NCBI RefSeq assembly: GCF_006345805.1
Contig: NC_043003.1
Coordinates: forward strand, 83,266,001 to 83,330,000
Reading direction: 5' to 3'
DNA: 64,000 nucleotides
Origin: Octopus sinensis
Lineage: Eukaryota
Under the pieces are notes generated by a model. It did not search any database. It was not told the origin of the DNA and saw only the letters and a list, made by a program, of their open reading frames with translations. Numbering within the stretch: position 1 is the stretch's first letter; every line of letters starts with the position of its first letter. This document shows positions 24,776 to 38,362 of this stretch, in pieces. The position numbers were made by a program, and so were the translations under genes.

Positions 24776-25967
24776 CTACAAAACCAAGTAAACCAGAGAC
24801 AAGTGAGAGCAAGATCTCCGGCTTCGCAATGAAGCGGATGTTATTTCGGTAGTTCCCTTTCCTCGGGTGATGTCTATGCAAAAATTAGGACGCCCTTAGT
24901 CCCAGCTGTTCGACGGACGTTAATTCTATTGCATTCATCCATGCTTTCACAAGTTTTGTTTTGTATCCTGCAGGGTACCCATCGAAAAGCACCCTCCTTG
25001 CCATGAAACCTCGGCAGGGTTGTCGGTTTAGTCGTTGAATGCTCGACCATGCGACAGGTTGTATACTGGGTTACATATTATCAGAAGCACTAAGAGTGAC
25101 CTGACAAAAAATATATACATACATAATGACGTGGATTTTCCAACGCCAATCTATTACTGGCACGGTGGAAATTTGTAAGACATTCTAAGGATTCTCTACC
25201 TGAAGTCCGTTAGGTAAATAGATGCATACGCTTTGGTGTGCGCACCTGAAGTTTAATTAACAGCACCAACTCAAACACATATTTACAAACAGCGGGATTT
25301 GTCCTAACTCAAAAAGCCGTGTCGCTATTTTTAACGACCGGTTTGAACTCTCTTAAAGAGAACTTTAATAGAATTGCAAGACAAATCATACATATTTAAT
25401 ATATACGTGTCGATACTGAAAAAACTATATCAAGAATGGAAAATCACCTTCTGAATTATACGTATGTACATCCATCCGCTGTTGTATGCTTGCGTTTAGG
25501 CTATTTTTGTGCGTTTTGTTTGGGTGTCTATCTGTTTCTGTCTTTACAATCCTGTAAAATTTTGTGTATGTGTTCCTAAAATGTGTCAGTCTATTAATAA
25601 TGAAGTCCTTAGAATCTGTGTCAGCAGCAAAATGTTCGACTGATATTCAAGCATCAGCTAAACTGAAAATAAATGTATATAAAACGGATCAACGGAAGAG
25701 CTTCAACACGTACGATTGACCTACAACTTATCGTTCAGATATTCCATATCACCAGAAGCAGAGAGGGATCTTCTACATGACTATTCTCTCTGTGACCAAA
25801 GGTCTCAAAAACCACTTTCTGAAATCATAGAAGGGAATTACACACACGAGTACGCACACACACACGTGCATGCATGCTCACACTCATACGTACACATATA
25901 CATGTATAAATATACATATAGATATGTATATGCATGCACACCCAGAGAAACACACAGACACACACGC

Positions 25968-26012
<45 letters not shown>

Positions 26013-26058
26013 CAATAATAAATCTCTGAACGAGGTATAAACAGTAGCTGCACGACAA

Positions 26059-26360
26059 TGTGAAGTATATTTGCCACTTAAATGTGGCTAATCACTAAGG
26101 GTGGATGCTACTGTAGCTTGTAGCCCCAGGAGCTATTGACACACTTTCTGTACCCTATCAATATTTGCAAGGGGAAGCCATCCTTCCCATCGGCGACCTA
26201 ACGTTAGGTCGACGATGGAAAGGATGGCTTCTCTTTGCAAATACTGATAGGATACACATAGTGTGTCAATAGCCAGCTGGAGGAGATGTTCTTCTGGGGC
26301 TACAAGCCACAGTAGCATCCACCCTTAGTCGTTAGCCACATTTAAGTGGCAACTATACTT

Positions 26361-26364
<4 letters not shown>
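26059..26364. mobile_element. 306 bp palindromic (loop-less fold-back) element
   Basis: Symmetric about CGACCTAACGTTAGGTCG; arms GTGAAGTATA.TTGCCACTTAAATGTGGCTAA..CTAAGGGTGGATGCTACTGT.GCTTGTAGCCCCAG; ~18 nt indel between arms. Confidence 0.92.
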
Positions 26365-26391
<27 letters not shown>

Positions 26392-26394
26392 ATG

Positions 26395-26451
<57 letters not shown>

Positions 26452-26455
26452 CATA

Positions 26456-26665
26456 TACGAAGAGGTATTGAAAAGTTTCTGACTGTGCGTAAAAGAAAAT
26501 GCATACATGTTCCGAGAACATCGTCTAAAGAAAAACAAACCGTATTCCCATAGTTGGAATGCCTTTGGTCAACGGTCTGCTCAATCATGGTTGATATGAC
26601 GTTTAACAGCAGCAATGCTATATCTAAAATTATATTTTTCTTTAGCTTAATGAACACCTTGTGTA
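26456..26665 (-). mobile_element. Mariner 3' end fragment
   Basis: TACGAAGAGGTATTGAAAAGTTTC resembles a mariner TIR; the minus strand gives DSIAAVKRHI..AFQLW, a weak match to the mariner C-terminus. Confidence 0.5.
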
Positions 26666-28002
26666 AAGGCTGCTGTTGTGCACATTTTTGGTCTGCCTAG
26701 TTATATACAGTTACAGAACGTCAAATAGAAAGATTGATTTGCCAGCAGTTGTACTTCCGTTGAAGCTGATTGGTGATTTCTTGTTTATTCTAAATTTTCT
26801 ATTTTATTTTCTTGCTATGGTTTCATTTGAAGTTCCTATAATATTCAGCCGAACTTCACTTCGAATTCTTTCTTTTTTATATATAAAACTCTTTTGTATA
26901 GCGTTTGTCTGTGTGTGTGTACGTGCTAACGTTTGTCTATATGTGTTTGTATGTATGTTTTTCTGTGTGTCTGTGTTTTGTTTCTACCAATAATTTCAAG
27001 TTTTCTTGTGATATTTTTGTACTGAATTATTAATCTAAAGGTGCATGAATTTTTTAAGCTACGCCAAGCGTGTTAAACCTCGCGATCTTTCAAAATCATA
27101 GAACTCTTCGGTAATGGTTTTTTTGTTATTCTTGTATTATTGGTATTCCGGTTGCTGTTGTTATTCTTGTTTAAAATATTTCCATTTTTCAAATGTGGAA
27201 TTTTCGCTTCGATAAATTCAGTGAAAATTCCTCAATAACCATTTATTTTTTTTATGTGTGTTGTGGGGAGAAAATTTATATGCGTGCTTTTGTACAACTG
27301 TCTGTGTTTATATATGTATCTGTGTAAGTGTGAAATTGAGTGTGAGCGTGTGCCTGTTTATGGTTCGAGAATGGTATTTTAGGGAAAGTAATCAATTTCT
27401 TTTAATAATATTATGCATTTAAAACGTAAATATTCTTCCCAGCTTAACATGATTTCAATTCTGTGTAAAAGAGTGTCGAAATCTTATCAATTGAATTATT
27501 TATCTCTTTCTAAGCAACCTAAGACTTCGCTTTCTTTGCTTACAATTGACCATTTCCATAAAAATTCTTAAATGAAATGGCAACATAAACAAAGTTTTCG
27601 ATGAAGTGTGTAAAAGTCTTTAAAGGATGTTCATAATTCATCTAGCTAGTGCTTAAGGTCTGTGATAGCCAAAAGTTTTCCGAATGAAAGATTAATGTAA
27701 GTTTTGAATGCTTGACATCAATCTTGCTGCTACAGTTCTTTCTTCTTTCTATTTGTTTTATTTTTCCTTTTTTGTTATTTTTATTCTTTTTTCGTCTTTT
27801 TTTGTTGGTGTTGTTTCTTGCAGCTCTCTACAATCATAGACCCATGTAAAATATTGATTATTTTTTTGACTGAAAATATATTTTTTTACAAAGAAAGTTG
27901 TATACACGATGGAATTTTCTACAATAGAGTAATAAAGTATATCTATCTTCGAACAAATCGAAGGTAACGATGATGTCAGTAAAAGATTTAAACTCTTTAC
28001 AC

Positions 28003-28300
28003 CAGGGTTTCTCAATCAGGATCTATATGGACCCTAAGAGTCCATATAAGATTTTGAGGAGTCCACGGTAATTTTTCAGGGGTCATGAAAACATTGTTTC
28101 AGACCAGTAACGTTTAAATGAAATAAACTGGATTTACTTCTACAATACACAAAAAAATATTAATTTTTATACAAGTCCTAATAATATTTAGTTCTATAAA
28201 TACAATGGGATTTTTAAACACCGAATGTCTATGGAGATCCACTTGAGTAAAATAAGAATCAAAGGAGTCCATAGATAAAAAAAATGGTTGAGAATCCCTG
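28003..28300. mobile_element. hAT-type MITE
   Basis: TIRs CAGGGTTTCTCAATC / GGTTGAGAATCCCTG; 8 bp TSD CTTTACAC (27995-28002) vs CTTTAGAC (28301-28308). Confidence 0.88.
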
Positions 28301-31300
28301 CTTTAGACAGCTTCTGCTCTACAGGACAGGCTGATGATTTGCCACTTCAACTCAAGCACTTCCGACTCATTTAACGTTCCTTATCATTACCCTTGCTATG
28401 TCCAACGCCCTACGCTTCTCAAAAGACCCTCTGTCTGATCCTTCTTCTCCAGACGATTTTCAACAGTTCCTTCCTTGCTCATATCTTTCCTGCTAGGGAT
28501 CGACTTGCATTAATTTTAGCAGAATTAATCGAACCGGTTTTCAAGCGTATGTGAGGGCCATAGGCACAGTTCTTTCCTTCGGGCTCAGCGACAACCCTAC
28601 GTAATGATAGTCGATATGAATGTTGGTTGGTTGCTTCCTTGGGTGCTTGATTGATTGGCTGGCTTGCTGGCTGGCTGGCTGGCTTGCTGGCTGGCTGGCT
28701 GGCTGGTAGAACCTCCATTTAAGCTTTACATCATATATTGAGAGGGGCAAGATTAAATGTGAGATACAGAATGTACTAACATACAGTGAAAGGTGAGTGC
28801 ACAGACAAGGTTTGGTGGTAGCCAGTGAATAAAAGAATGTTGCACGTACACAGAGAAAGTATCATAGAGACAGGGGTTGAGGAGGAGGAGGAGGAGGAGT
28901 GGGAGTAAATGATATATTAGTTATGGGAGGGGTTATATAAATACGAAATTTGTTTCAAGTAATTTCATTTAAATGTAATTAATATGCTTCTGTTAAAAAT
29001 TAGCATTCATTTTATTATTTGCGTAAGCAGCAAAAAGTTATAATTATTATATGTATAACATATTTCCTGATATTACCTATGTTTACAGAAAAATACTTCC
29101 AGAGTTGTTCGTCAGATAACATAAGCGATCATCATCATCATCATGACCATTATCATGATGTCTGCTATTTAGTCTTTCACTTTGCTTATAACAATAACTC
29201 GTGATGATAACTGTTCATAAATTGATTTCCTTCGCTTGTTTACAAGGTAACAAGCGTGTATGCATGCGGGAAGCTGATACGGCCGACGAAGTAAGCCTCA
29301 ATACACGACTTGTATTTATTGTATTGAACCTGGCGCATGAATAGCGGCACTGAATTCAGAGAGTTAAATTCAGCATATAGAGTGGTGAAACTAAATACTA
29401 CAAGGTACTTTGTCAATTACTTTGCTGTTTAATGTCACTAAATCTCTCTGACAGTTTTAAAAATAATAACAGTAACATTATTTTATGCCTTGGTGTTTTC
29501 TTATCTAAATCTACAACATAACAAATCGTCTTTTATTTCTTCGATGTTAAGTCCCTTCACAAAATCGTTTGCCGCTATTTTGCAATTTTTCTTTACTTCC
29601 CCCCACTCCCCTATCGAAAACAGCTTTTTTTCTGCGACCATATATTTGGCATTTTGGCTTCTCTCCCCAATCGACTATTTCTCAAAGGAATTCAACCTCT
29701 GTCATTTTCTTGACTTGTAAACAGTTCAACCTTTTTTAACCAAAGAATCGATATCACTCCCATACCCTTCTGACTAGATCTCACTCTCTCTCTCTCTTTC
29801 TCTCTTTCTTCCCTCTTTCTTTCTTACTCTCTCTCTCTCACCCCTTTTTCTTTCTCTCTCCTCTTTTCCTCTCCCTTTTTCCCTCTGTTTGGTATTATCG
29901 ACAACACAAAAAGCTTTGTTAGTATTTCTGTAATCTTTCCGTATCTATGTATTGTATTGTTTTGTTTTGTTTTTTTGAAGACAGATGCATTCAGTATTTA
30001 CCGTATATTGGCCAATGATCTTATTTCTCATTCACTAGCAAGCTATCAGGAATATTAAAATTTTTTTTTGTAATCTTCGAACGATCGAATACTCGTGAAT
30101 GTGTCTATTAACTTCTAAAAGATGCAAATCTGTCATATTTATTTTGGATTACCACAATTTCTCCACTGTTAAGCTCAAACTGTACACTCAGCACGTTTGA
30201 TTAAGTTTTTAAATCCTTGTTTACACATATAACCAATTATTTTTGTTTTGTAATTAGTTTTACAACAATTTTTCATGTATTTGTTTGAATTCTAATTGAA
30301 ATTCAAAGCAGATTTATGATGAAGATTTCAGATTAAGATCGTCTGAGGTTCAAGCTGCTTCACTATGGTTACTCACTGCCTACAAACGTTAAAGTCAGGT
30401 CATATTGTCCTTCAAGCAAACGATAGTTCTCTCTCTCTCTGACACATAGCTTGAGGTATAACCTAAATCCAATTGTAAGTTTCATACTAAACTGTGCATT
30501 ACTGATGCTCAGAATTAGCTATACGTATAAAGGAAATTGTTTTGCAGCTATTGCCTACACTTTCAGGTTGGCTTTAATCACGTAAGTGCAATTTGGTAAA
30601 TGGAAACTGCGGAAGCATGTCAGCCAGAACATTTTAGTTATTGTCAAGTAGACTTAATACATCCACTTGGATTTTGAGTGTTTCGAGAGAAGTCCATTAG
30701 GTTTCAGGCATTCGAGTAAAATGTCCTGTCTGAGAGCATTTTTCAGTATTTCTACCGCTTGTCTTATAGTTTCTAAAAATATCATAGATATAGCATTTCC
30801 TCTTATAACTAAACCATATGCAAATCAAAAACTAATTTCTCTGTACTTACAAGCTTTATATCAGAATCTTATACAAGAGTCTATTATTTTCATACCTGAG
30901 GATTCTAACATTGTTAGCTAAGCCACTCTTACGCCAATATCAATGGAGTAGGTAGATTAGGCAAACCAGATCTAAGATTTAGGCTAGATTCACAGTTGAG
31001 CCATTTTATTTCAGGTGAAGGTGCATTACTTAATGATTAGCGTTTTCGGTTAATGCAATTGGCTCAATTCTTCGACTAGGGGATACAACTGGCCCTTGAG
31101 CAAGGCTCTTCTTTTCATGTTGTTTCCGTCTATTCAGATGTAATGGATACCTGCCGAGTGCTGTTGTACAGTTCTCTCTCTCTCTCTAACTGTCACATTC
31201 TAAATGAGGTGTTGAATGAAAGAGGGTATCGGGAGGATTATATCCCCTCGCACATCCATAAGCAACTAAGCAATTAGCGAAATACACACTCACTCACAAG

Positions 31301-32013
31301 TGACGGTTGGCTACACTTAACATTGTATCTGTAACATTCTGCTATAATCACCAGCTTAAAGAGTTATGCATTTTGGAAGTCAGACTGAGTTGTCACTGAA
31401 GCTTAACATAGAGGGGAAATTTTTGATAGAGACTTAACATCACACTGATATATATTAAATGTTGCACCATTTCTAAGTTTACTGTTCCTTCCTAAGAGAC
31501 AAGACAAAAACTCATATTTTATTCATTCATTTCTCCTACCTCTCTCCTATATCTTTCTCTATCTCTCTCTCTCTCTTTCTCTCTCTCCTACTGTAGATAG
31601 TTTCATTTTTAATGATTTTTTTTGTATCACAAACACAAAAATACTATGATTATAAAAACGGCAGAATATAGAATATTTTAATCTTCATGTCTTTACCAAC
31701 GAACTTTTTGGCATAAATGACGTGAAATTTCATCGAAGATATAATCGAACCTGTGACACCACCGATGAGTTAGCTGGTCTAAAGCATGCATCTAATTATT
31801 TTTTGTTCTCCATCATTTACTACACACACGTTACAATCTTGGTTTCTTTATGACAGAGAACAGGTAGGTTATATATTAGTGGACGGTGTATGTACTTTTT
31901 TAACTGAAGTACAACTTGCTTCAACCTGCTTCAACAATCTTAGCTTGCTGAAAGGTTACCTCTTGCTCTACAACAATCTGTTATAAATCTGAATTCATTG
32001 CATAAACAAAGAC

Positions 32014-32098
<85 letters not shown>

Positions 32099-33734
32099 CT
32101 AGCCTGCTGAAAGTTTACCTCTTGCTCTACAACAAACGTTGGTATGTTATATATCTGAATTCATTCCATAAACAAAGACCCTGTGTACGTGTGCGTATGT
32201 CTGCCTGTCTGTCTGTGTGGTTTGAAAGTCAGATATGATAAACATATCTTCCTCAGGGATTACCGATGTTAATGAAATGAAATATTTATAAGTAGGAATT
32301 GAAACCGTCTCTTTGAAAGAAAATATCTAGGGCAAATTGTCATGTTTTTTATTTATGCCAGACACATAAATCAAATATTTTAATAGTTATGCCGTGAAAG
32401 TGTTATGATAGCTATTAAAAATACACATTCGGTTTATTCTCTTTTGTTTAGTTCGTGTTATTTTTGTAAACTAACAAGTGATAAAAATTTTAATCGCACA
32501 TCTACAAACTGGCCATTGACACAATTCATCTGAATCATATATTTTAGTAAAGGTCAAAGGGAAAACCGTATCATGCTTTTGTTAAAAGTGTGAGTAATTT
32601 ATGTAAAGTGAATGTACTGAAACGAAATATGAGCAAGAAGTAAGTTGGCTGGTTATACGCTTAAATACTGAAACGAAATAAGGGAAATTCTACGTGGTTA
32701 CTGGAAATAGCAGCTAACTTCCTTTAAATGAGAGTCTTCTGTTTTTAAAGAAAGAAGGTTATACTAGACAATGTAGTCTGAAATACTCTATATCTGAAAA
32801 GATTAGATGGTCATGACTAGAATGTCTTTGCTTCACTGACTAATATATATTTTGTTACTTTAAACGGTTTGTTAGACATGTTTGAACCGGTTATTCTAAA
32901 AATAGCATCAGTTTTATCCTATTAGTTCTAATTAATGAGCCAGTATTTTGATACAAAATTAATAATATTAATCCTATTATATAAATTATTACATGCTATT
33001 AAAACACATATTATCAGTTTCTGTCAACAGAAAAGCTTAGAGTACACACATTTTAATCCTATGTAATTGTAGATCAAAATTATAGTGTAAACATTAAAAG
33101 CTTAGACGTTCAACATGGTCAGTAATTCAATATATTTTATAAGCCTTATGTTATCTACTATCATATGCTTGTCCCCTGGTATATCTTTTATATTGATTTG
33201 TTAAATCCTGATGGATTCTTTTCTTCCTTGTTGTTTGAACAAATCACCATGCTTTTCGGGAAAAGCGATTTGTGGCGATGGAGTTAATAAATCTTGATGC
33301 TTATGTTAAAAGTGGCAAGCAAAATCTATTTCGACAAACAGAACAAAGACCAAATGCAAAAGACAGTATTGTCTATCGAATACGTTAGTCTTTTGTAAGC
33401 TTTCTTATCTAGGGGGCATAAAAATCTGTACTGAACCATTGCCGTACTCACTTATGTGACCTTATTGCATAAATAACCAGACACCTTGTTTATTTTTTAA
33501 CCCTTTAAAAGTGTTCCATCAAGCAAGGTTTTATATGTAATAATGAAAGCATGATTGGTTTGTTGTAAGCCAAAAGCCCATCGTAAGCATTTTTATTTTA
33601 TCGAACTACCAACTCAAAGGTTATTCTTTTCTTATTCGGCGCTCATATGTGGCTCTACTGTCCCCAGAACTTTGAAAAACCCGGATATCGTTCGTAGGCA
33701 CTTATTAATCAAAGAGATTTTACCTTTATCCTTT

Positions 33735-33945
33735 TACTTGTTTCCCTCATTACACTGTGGCCTTAGTGGGGCACCGCCTTGAAGAAGTTTAATCAAACGA
33801 ATCGATCCTAGTACTTGTACTTTTTAAAACCTAGTACTTATTCTATCGTTCTGCTTTGTCGAGCCACTAAGTTACAGGAACCTAAATATACCAACACCGG
33901 TTGTCAAGCGTTGGTGGGGGACAAACACAAACACACACACATACA
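33735..33945 (-). mobile_element. 3' half of CORE-type SINE
   Basis: Matches the 3' half of the 44078 copy (GCACCGCC..AATCGA..CCTAGTACTTATTCTATCG..CACCGGTTGTCAAGCG). Confidence 0.75.
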
Positions 33946-34517
33946 CAATGTGTGAAATAAAAGCAGCGTTAGTGTTGTAAAAATTATTAACCACGCATAT
34001 TCCATGTGCGTTTTGTATAGCGCCTGGGGATTACCCTCTCATTACGCTGGGTGTTAAAACACCTGATCGTAATAGACAAGCAAGACAAAAATAGCCCCTG
34101 ATCCCAATCAGGAGTGATGGATACTGATACTTCACCACTTTTATGGCTTATCAACATCACGTACCTGAATCCCGCCGGGGACGAACTGAATCGCTAATTT
34201 ATGACTATATATAAATACTGTAAAACCTATATGCTGGTATGCCTCGGCGAAGCATACATAAGGTTAAATTCAAAAACGAATTAAAAGCAGCGCTAGTATT
34301 CTAAATGTCATCGACCACACATACTCAGCGTTTTGTTTTTTCGCCAGCTCACTGTCTGAGAGATGACTCCCTTATTACGATGTGTGTTAAAACATAGACA
34401 GGCGAAATATTGGTATCTATCACTCCAGTAGGGGATTGGGGGCGAGTTGTCTCACCTGTCTATAGCTTTCGATTTTCTTTATTATTGAAATTTTCTTTAT
34501 TATTGTTGTTAATGTTA

Positions 34518-34742
34518 AGGGAATGGGGCAGCCGAATCCTTCGCAGACCGAGCAAAATGCTTAGCGGCACTTCATCTGTCTTAATGTTCTATGATAAAAT
34601 TCTACCGAAGTCGTTTTTGCCTTTCATCTTTTCGATACTGATAAAATAAGTACCAGTTGAACACTGGGATCAATGTAATCGGCTTACCTCCTCCCTTACA
34701 ATTACTGGCCTTGTGCCAAAATTTTGAAGCCATTATTATTAT
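34518..34742 (+). mobile_element. Decayed GGCGGCGAG-type SINE with (ATT)n tail
   Basis: GCAAAATGCTTAGCGGCACTTC..GCCTTTCATC..GATAAAATAAGTACCAGTTGAACACTGGG..GGCCTTGTGCCAAAATTTTGAAGCCATTATTATT. Confidence 0.75.
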
Positions 34743-34829
34743 TGGTAATGAGGTTTTAAATTGCATTCTGAGACCAAAGTCAATGCTGTTCCTATCATAG
34801 CCATCCCGCCTTTTTATATATTCAGTACT

Positions 34830-35057
34830 GTACTCTTACTCTTTACTCTTTTTCTTGTTTCAGTCATTTGACTGTGGCCATGCTGGAGCACCGACTTTAG
34901 TCGAGCAAATCGACCCCCAGTACTTATTCTTTCTAAGCCTAGTACTTATTCTATCGGTCTGTTTTGCCGAACCGCTAAGTTAAGGGGACGTAAATAAACA
35001 GCATCGGTTGTCAAGCGATCTTGGGGAGGGCGCAAACACAGACACACACACAAACAA

Positions 35058-35092
<35 letters not shown>

Positions 35093-35200
35093 CATATATA
35101 CGACGGGTTTCTTTCAGTTTCCGTCTACCAAATCCACTCACAAGGTTTTGGTCGGTCCCAGGCTGTGGTTCGTAAGAAAGCTACTTACCACACAGTCATT
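34830..35200 (-). mobile_element. CORE-type SINE
   Basis: Collinear with 44078-44484 except for a deletion near the head. Confidence 0.85.
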
Positions 35201-35629
35201 CCTACGCCTATATTAATATATCTACTATATTATCTAATTCGTTTGAAAATATTTGAGCCTGCTGGAGTGAAATTTGGCTATTGTTTCTAGTAAGTCGTCA
35301 GAGAGTGTAACGACTGCTTGGTTATCTCACAATAATGTTTTTGTTTGTTTGTTTTTTTCTGCTATTGGTAGCTGTTTCTAAAAGTTCATTTGTTTATTTC
35401 CTGATATTTAATTATTACCATTTTTATTTTTTTAGTTAATTAAGTCTTTTCATTGTCAATACAAACTAAAAATAGTTTATGTAACAAGCAGCATAATTAA
35501 CGATATGTTATTTGATATACTGTTCGATAGTCCGTATTTGACTGAACTACAAAAAACAAAAGCTTACTTATTAGTTTTTTCGTAGCTTGTTTTGTTTCGT
35601 TAGATGAGACAAGAGAGAGAGTGTGTATA

Positions 35630-35676
<47 letters not shown>

Positions 35677-36309
35677 GCGAGTGTATGTATGCGTGTCTGT
35701 ATGTCTGTGTGTATACATGTATCTATACATAAGTATATACATACATATATCCATATGTATATACACACACAAACACATACACACACATATGCATATATAA
35801 CAACTTTGTTATAGTGGAAAAGAAAAGGATAACATCTAAATTTTTAACTTTTATTAATTTGCCACCAAACATTCAATGACATGAAATGATTTAAAATGAA
35901 TAAACTCCAAAATATGTTGTTGCATACAACTGACAACTCGCATCAAATATTGTTATAAGTAGAACTTTCAAAGAGAAAACTACCCGCATAGATAACTAAA
36001 AGCATTAAAATTTTATAAAATGTGATATATAGATATAAGTATATATACTCACACACATTCAGACACGCACTCACACACACACACTTAAACACATACACAC
36101 AGACACATACTCACTCACGCATTTTTATCGTATAAAACAGTATCCAAGGAGAATAGCTGTGGTCGGTGTCGACAAGGTTTGCATTATTTGGAAAAGTGAT
36201 AGAAAAAGTAATATAATATTGCTTTAAGGGAATGATTCTCATTCCTTTTATTTTATATCACATTTTGGTAGCAAGTGCATTGGTTGCATTTTTCCAAGGG
36301 AATAATCTC

Positions 36310-36657
36310 TGTATACAGTATGCGGGAGTCGATTTAACGAAATTATATGCAGCATATAGCACCAATCTAATGAAATTATATACAATGTATTGCAACAAGC
36401 TAACTGAATCCATTACAGTATGTAGCGCCAATCTAACCATATTATATAAAAGGTGTGGGTATTTGTCTAACCAAATTATGTACAGTGTGCAACGTCAGTC
36501 TAACTGAAATATATACAGTATATAGGTATTTGTCTAACTGAATTATACGTCATGGGTTGCGTGAGTCTAACCGGAATATATATATAGCTCTTAGCGGTCT
36601 GTCTAAACGTGTGGGTATTTGTCTAACCGAATTAAATGCTGTGTATAAGTGTCAATC
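36310..36657. repeat. Degenerate ~33 bp minisatellite (~10 units)
   Basis: A CTAAC/CTAAT/TTAAC anchor recurs at 33, 33, 33, 34, 33, 34, 33, 36 and 20 nt spacing. Confidence 0.8.
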
Positions 36658-36784
36658 GGAAGGAATGGCATGTCTGTAACAAAAGCCAAACCATTGCTGA
36701 CTCGTATTCTATCGCCTGAACACTGCCGTCTACGAATAGGATACTAAACTTCGGCTGTATCATTCAGACGATTATCTTGAAGTA

Positions 36785-38362
36785 CAGGGTGAGGCAGAGA
36801 AGATGGACGTATTTTTGAAATGGCCATTACTCAGCCCCAGTGGGAAGGTTATGTGTCCGACAGGTACCATTTGGTCCGTGGTGCCTCAAGATATTTTTTT
36901 CTCTTTTCAGGTGAAGCCATGGCACTATGGGCGATAGAGAATCGCGTGCTTTCCTACGACAGTTACGTATAGAATAACGAGTCTGTCACAGCAGTTCAGC
37001 GTTAGTTTCGGTGCCACTTCAACATTCACCGAAACTGGGCTGTTCCCACTCGTAACACAATCTTACGATGGGTGAGTGCACTTCGTACATGAGGTACGCT
37101 AATGAATAGGAGATTATTGGGGCGTCACGAACAGTATAGACCCCCGAAACTGTGGAACGCGTCAGACAAGTTTTGATATGGAGTCCGAATCGCTCTGCTC
37201 AGAGGCATTCCACTGAAATTGGCTTCAGTAAGGCGTATTTTGCATGAAGACCTGCATTTCCACACGTACAAATTGGTCATTAGGCAACAGTTGAAACCAT
37301 GGGACTACGCACATCGGCTTAACTTCGTACGTCAGATGGAAGTAAATTTTGAAGCAAATGACATCCTCGTTTTGTTAATGAGTGCTGAAGCTCATTTTCA
37401 TCTCAATAACATGGTGGTTCAACAGAAATGTCGTTCTTGGGCTCTTGAAAATCCGAGTGAACTGCATGAAAGACCACTGCACAGCCCAAAAGTGACGGTC
37501 TGGTGTGCTGCTGGAAAATCTGCTGTCATTGGTGCTTACTTTTTAAAGACAATAATTAAAATGTTGTTATTGTGAACTCCGAGTGTTACATCGAGATGAT
37601 AAACAACTTCTTTGTACCTGAATTAAGACGGAAATATATACCTATTCGACGTGTGTGGTTTCTGTAGGATGGGGCGACGGCCCATACATTCAGAAAGGCG
37701 GCGAGCAGGCAGAAACGTTAGCACGCCGGGCGAAATGCTTAGCGGTATTTCGTCTGCGTTACGTTGTGAGTTCAAATTCCGTCGAGGTCGACTTTACCTT
37801 TCATCCTTTCGGGGTCGATAAATTAAGTACCAGTTACGCACTGGGGTCGATGTAATCGACTTAATACCTATGTCTGTCCTTGTTTGTCCCCTCTGTGTTT
37901 AGACCCTTGTGGGTAATAAAGAAATAGGCCCATACATCCAGAGCATCAATGGACGTTCTTCGCCTTATCTTCGGTGACCACCTCATTTCGAGGTTTGCTA
38001 ACATTCCTTTCTTCCCTCGGTCCTCTAATTTGTCCATGTGTGATTATTTCTTGTGGAGAAACCTCAAGGTACGTGTATATGCATATAAGCCCCGCACATT
38101 GGGCGATTTGAAGGCAACTATTCGCGTGGAAGTCGCCAAATCAACAGAGCAATGCTCGAGAGAGTGGAGGCCAACTTCCAAGAATGACTTCAGAAATTCA
38201 TCAATGAAAACGGACCCCATATAATGGACGTTGTTTTCCACACTTGATTTTGACAAATGCTAATTCAATACAAACACATTGATGTCAATAAAATTTGTTT
38301 GCAACTAAAATTAATGATTTTGTGAATTTTTCAATAACCTCCGTCCTCTCTACCCAACCCTG
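36785..38362 (+). mobile_element. Tc1/mariner superfamily transposon, decayed, with nested SINE
   Basis: TA-flanked TIRs CAGGGTGAGGCAGAGAAGATGGA / CAGGGTTGGGTAGAGAGGACGGA. Frames give VRRILHEDLHFHTYK..MSAEAHFHL..ENPSELHERPLHSPKVTVWC..DGATAHT..PRSSNLSMCDYFLWRNLKVRVYAYKPRTLGDLK. Confidence 0.92.
37695..37926 (+). mobile_element. Young monomeric GGCGGCGAG-type SINE inserted in the transposase gene
   Basis: 16 bp TSD GGCCCATACAT(T/C)CAGA at 37679-37694 and 37927-37942; ends GTGGGTAATAAAGAAATA. Confidence 0.93.

Noticed and set aside
24880-25070. Minus frame RGFMARRVLFDGYPAGYKTKLVKAWMNAIEL upstream of exon 2
   Set aside because: No assignable family, bounded by a stop, and no splice signals.
25716-25815. 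Exon-like island (acceptor-like motifs on both strands)
   Set aside because: The open minus frame is phase 0, incompatible with the flanking phase-1 intron, and donors are weak on both strands.
36310-36657. CRISPR-like repeat/spacer appearance
   Set aside because: Eukaryotic context, degenerate short anchors, related spacers and no cas genes; treated as a minisatellite.
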